Below are positions 61,443 through 64,000 of a DNA stretch of 64,000 nucleotides, one piece after another. The position numbers and the translations under genes are program-made. Location: NCBI GenBank assembly GCA_963838115.1, contig CAWIPU010000006.1:326622-390621 (forward strand). Direction: 5' to 3'. The notes under the pieces are model-generated. The model ran no database searches, had not been told where the DNA came from, and worked only from the letters and a program-made list of their open reading frames with translations. The stretch is from an uncultured Chloroflexia bacterium. Lineage in GTDB: Bacteria > Chloroflexota > Limnocylindria > Limnocylindrales > CSP1-4. Positions within the stretch are counted from its first letter, which is position 1. Each line of letters starts with the position of its first letter.

Positions 61443-62765
61443 CTAGCGCTCGGAATCCGGTTCGATACTCGCACCCAGGTCGAGCAGCTTGCTCTCGATG
61501 CCCTCGTAGCCGCGACGCACATGGTGCACACCACGGATGGTGGACGGGCCATCCGCCGCCAGGGCACCCAGGATGAGCGAGGCGCCTGCACGAAGGTCAC
61601 CGACTTCCACGGTCGCGCCCTGCAGTCGGACGGGCCCGCTGATGACCGCGTGATGGGCATCCTGGATCTCTGCCTGTGCACCCATGAGCGCCAGGTCGGT
61701 CAGCCACTCCAGGCGGTCCTCATAGATGGTCTCGTGGACGGTGCTGCGGCCTCGTGCCTGCGTCAGCAGGACCCCGGTGGGCGGCTGCAGGTCGGTCGCA
61801 AGGCCCGGATAGGCGGCCGTGGTGATGTCGGTGGCGTGGTAGCTTCCCGGCTCGGCAGCGCTCACGGTGATGCGGTCATCCGCTCCGCTCACGCTGACGC
61901 CGATCTCGGCGAGCACATCCAGAAAGGCACCCAGATGGGCCGATGGCGCACCACGCAGCGTGATCTCACCCCCGGTCACTGCAGCAGCGACGGCGAATGT
62001 GCCCGCCTCGATACGATCCGCCACGACATGGTGCGTGGCGCCGCGAAGACGGCGTCGACCTTCGATCTCGATGACGTCAGGCGCGGTACGCTCGACCTCA
62101 GCGCCCATCACCTGCAGGAAACCGATGAGGTCGTCGATCTCCGGCTCTCGTGCCGCCGGCCGGATGGTGGTGTGACCGTCGGCGAGTGTCGCGGCGAGGA
62201 TGGCGTTCTCCGTGCCCATCACGGTGACGTGCGGGAAGACGATGTCACCCCCGCGCAGGCGGCCCGGTGCCTGGGCGAAGTAGTAGCCGTTGCGGTAGTC
62301 GATGGTGGCGCCCAACGCCTGCATGGCTTCGACATGCAGGTCGACCGGGCGACGGCCGATGCGGTCGCCGCCGGGATTGCTGATGATGACACGGCCGAAA
62401 CGGGCCAGCAGCGGGCCGAGCAGGATGAAGCTGGCACGCATCCTGGCGGCGGCCTCGAGTGGCACGAAGAGCCAGTCCACGTCGCCGGCCGAGACTTCGT
62501 AGGTGTTGGGCTCGGGATGGTCCACCACGACGCCGAGATCGCTCAGGACCTCCGTCATGAGCGTGACGTCGTCGATCTGGGGAACATTGGTGAAGCGGCA
62601 GCGCTCGCCGGTCAGCGTGGCCGCGGCCAGCAGCTTGAGGGCTGCGTTCTTGGAGCCACTGATGGGCACCTCACCACGCAGCGGCACACCACCTGCGATG
62701 CGGATGGTCTCCTGCCGCACCGGCGGGGCCTGGTACTCCCAGTGGAAGGGCCGAGTCGCTGCCAT
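61443..62765 (-). CDS. murA: UDP-N-acetylglucosamine 1-carboxyvinyltransferase
   Basis: [29 protein letters not shown] (the active-site position is Asp here) and HHVRRGYE. Confidence 0.95.
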   Translation of the reverse strand: MAATRPFHWEYQAPPVRQETIRIAGGVPLRGEVPISGSKNAALKLLAAATLTGERCRFTNVPQIDDVTLMTEVLSDLGVVVDHPEPNTYEVSAGDVDWLFVPLEAAARMRASFILLGPLLARFGRVIISNPGGDRIGRRPVDLHVEAMQALGATIDYRNGYYFAQAPGRLRGGDIVFPHVTVMGTENAILAATLADGHTTIRPAAREPEIDDLIGFLQVMGAEVERTAPDVIEIEGRRRLRGATHHVVADRIEAGTFAVAAAVTGGEITLRGAPSAHLGAFLDVLAEIGVSVSGADDRITVSAAEPGSYHATDITTAAYPGLATDLQPPTGVLLTQARGRSTVHETIYEDRLEWLTDLALMGAQAEIQDAHHAVISGPVRLQGATVEVGDLRAGASLILGALAADGPSTIRGVHHVRRGYEGIESKLLDLGASIEPDSER

Positions 62766-62789
62766 TGCGCTAAGTCTCAGCCATCGCGG

Positions 62790-63218
62790 CTATCGGCGCT
62801 GGCGGGGGCCCTCGCGGTGCCGGCGCTCGGCAACACGGATCCGCAGGAGCGCTCGTTCCATCGAGGCCCGGGCGCGCGCGAGGTCGGCCGGCTCGTCGAA
62901 GCCGGCCCTGATGGCACGCTCGGCCTCACTGCGCGCCTCCTCAGCGGCTTCGAGGTCGATCTCAGATGAGAGGTCGGCCAGCTCTGCCATGACCACGACC
63001 TTGTCCGGGCGCACCTGCACGAAGCCACCAGCGATGGCGAAGTACTCGTCATCGCCGCCCTTGCGGATGCGCAGCTCGCCCACACCGAGAGTCGAAAGCA
63101 GGGGTGCATGGTGCGGCAGGACGCCGATCTCACCCTCGATCCCTGGACAGAAGACCGCATCGACCTCGTCCGAGTAGGCCTGGCGTTCGGGCGTGACGAT
63201 CTCCAACAGCAGCGGCAC
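62790..63218 (-). CDS. atpC: F0F1 ATP synthase subunit epsilon
   Basis: LEIVTPERQAYSDEVDAVFCPGIEGEIGVLPHHAPLL is the canonical epsilon N-terminal barrel. Confidence 0.9.
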   Translation of the reverse strand: MPLLLEIVTPERQAYSDEVDAVFCPGIEGEIGVLPHHAPLLSTLGVGELRIRKGGDDEYFAIAGGFVQVRPDKVVVMAELADLSSEIDLEAAEEARSEAERAIRAGFDEPADLARARASMERALLRIRVAERRHREGPRQRR

Positions 63219-63259
63219 AGCCTAAGCCTCTGCGCTGGGTGGCCGGCAGGTCATGAGGA

Positions 63260-64000
<741 letters not shown>

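Overview
GC-rich bacterial chromosomal segment. The gene content and the GAAC-N4-GTTC SOS boxes fit a Terrabacteria lineage such as Chloroflexota or Actinomycetota; the sequence alone does not let me be more precise. I call about 55 protein genes. I recognised no rRNA, tRNA, CRISPR array, transposase or integrase.

Housekeeping genes: argS, rplI, dinB, lexA, dnaB, pcm, hpf, comF, mreB, murA, atpC and a partial atpD.

Accessory and regulatory content:
- A cluster of four secreted fasciclin/DUF4397 proteins next to a CarH/LitR-type B12 photoreceptor regulator.
- An FMN riboswitch in front of a NitT/TauT-type ABC transporter.
- Split formiminotransferase and cyclodeaminase genes.
- A STAND-ATPase/BTAD regulator.
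- An HD-GYP protein next to a DUF5317-MFS fusion.
- A PIG-L/GT2/2x GT39-like glycosylation cluster.
- A LuxR-type response regulator paired with a degenerate HisKA_3 kinase.
- A sulfotransferase.
- A Tad (CpaE/CpaF/TadB/TadC) pilus core.

The outstanding feature is an 11.4-kb gene (7711-19119, minus strand). It encodes a 3802-aa single-pass membrane protein made of about 48 PASTA domains. These are organised in three essentially identical in-frame tandem arrays: 402 bp x14.5, 402 bp x6.6 and 204 bp x2. The protein ends in a metallopeptidase-like domain that has lost its HExxH motif. A secreted paralogue that keeps HExxH lies immediately upstream.

At least four conserved genes (argS, pcm, the HD-GYP gene and the STAND/BTAD regulator) carry frameshifts. 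This suggests indel errors typical of long-read assemblies, so repeat copy numbers should be treated with caution.
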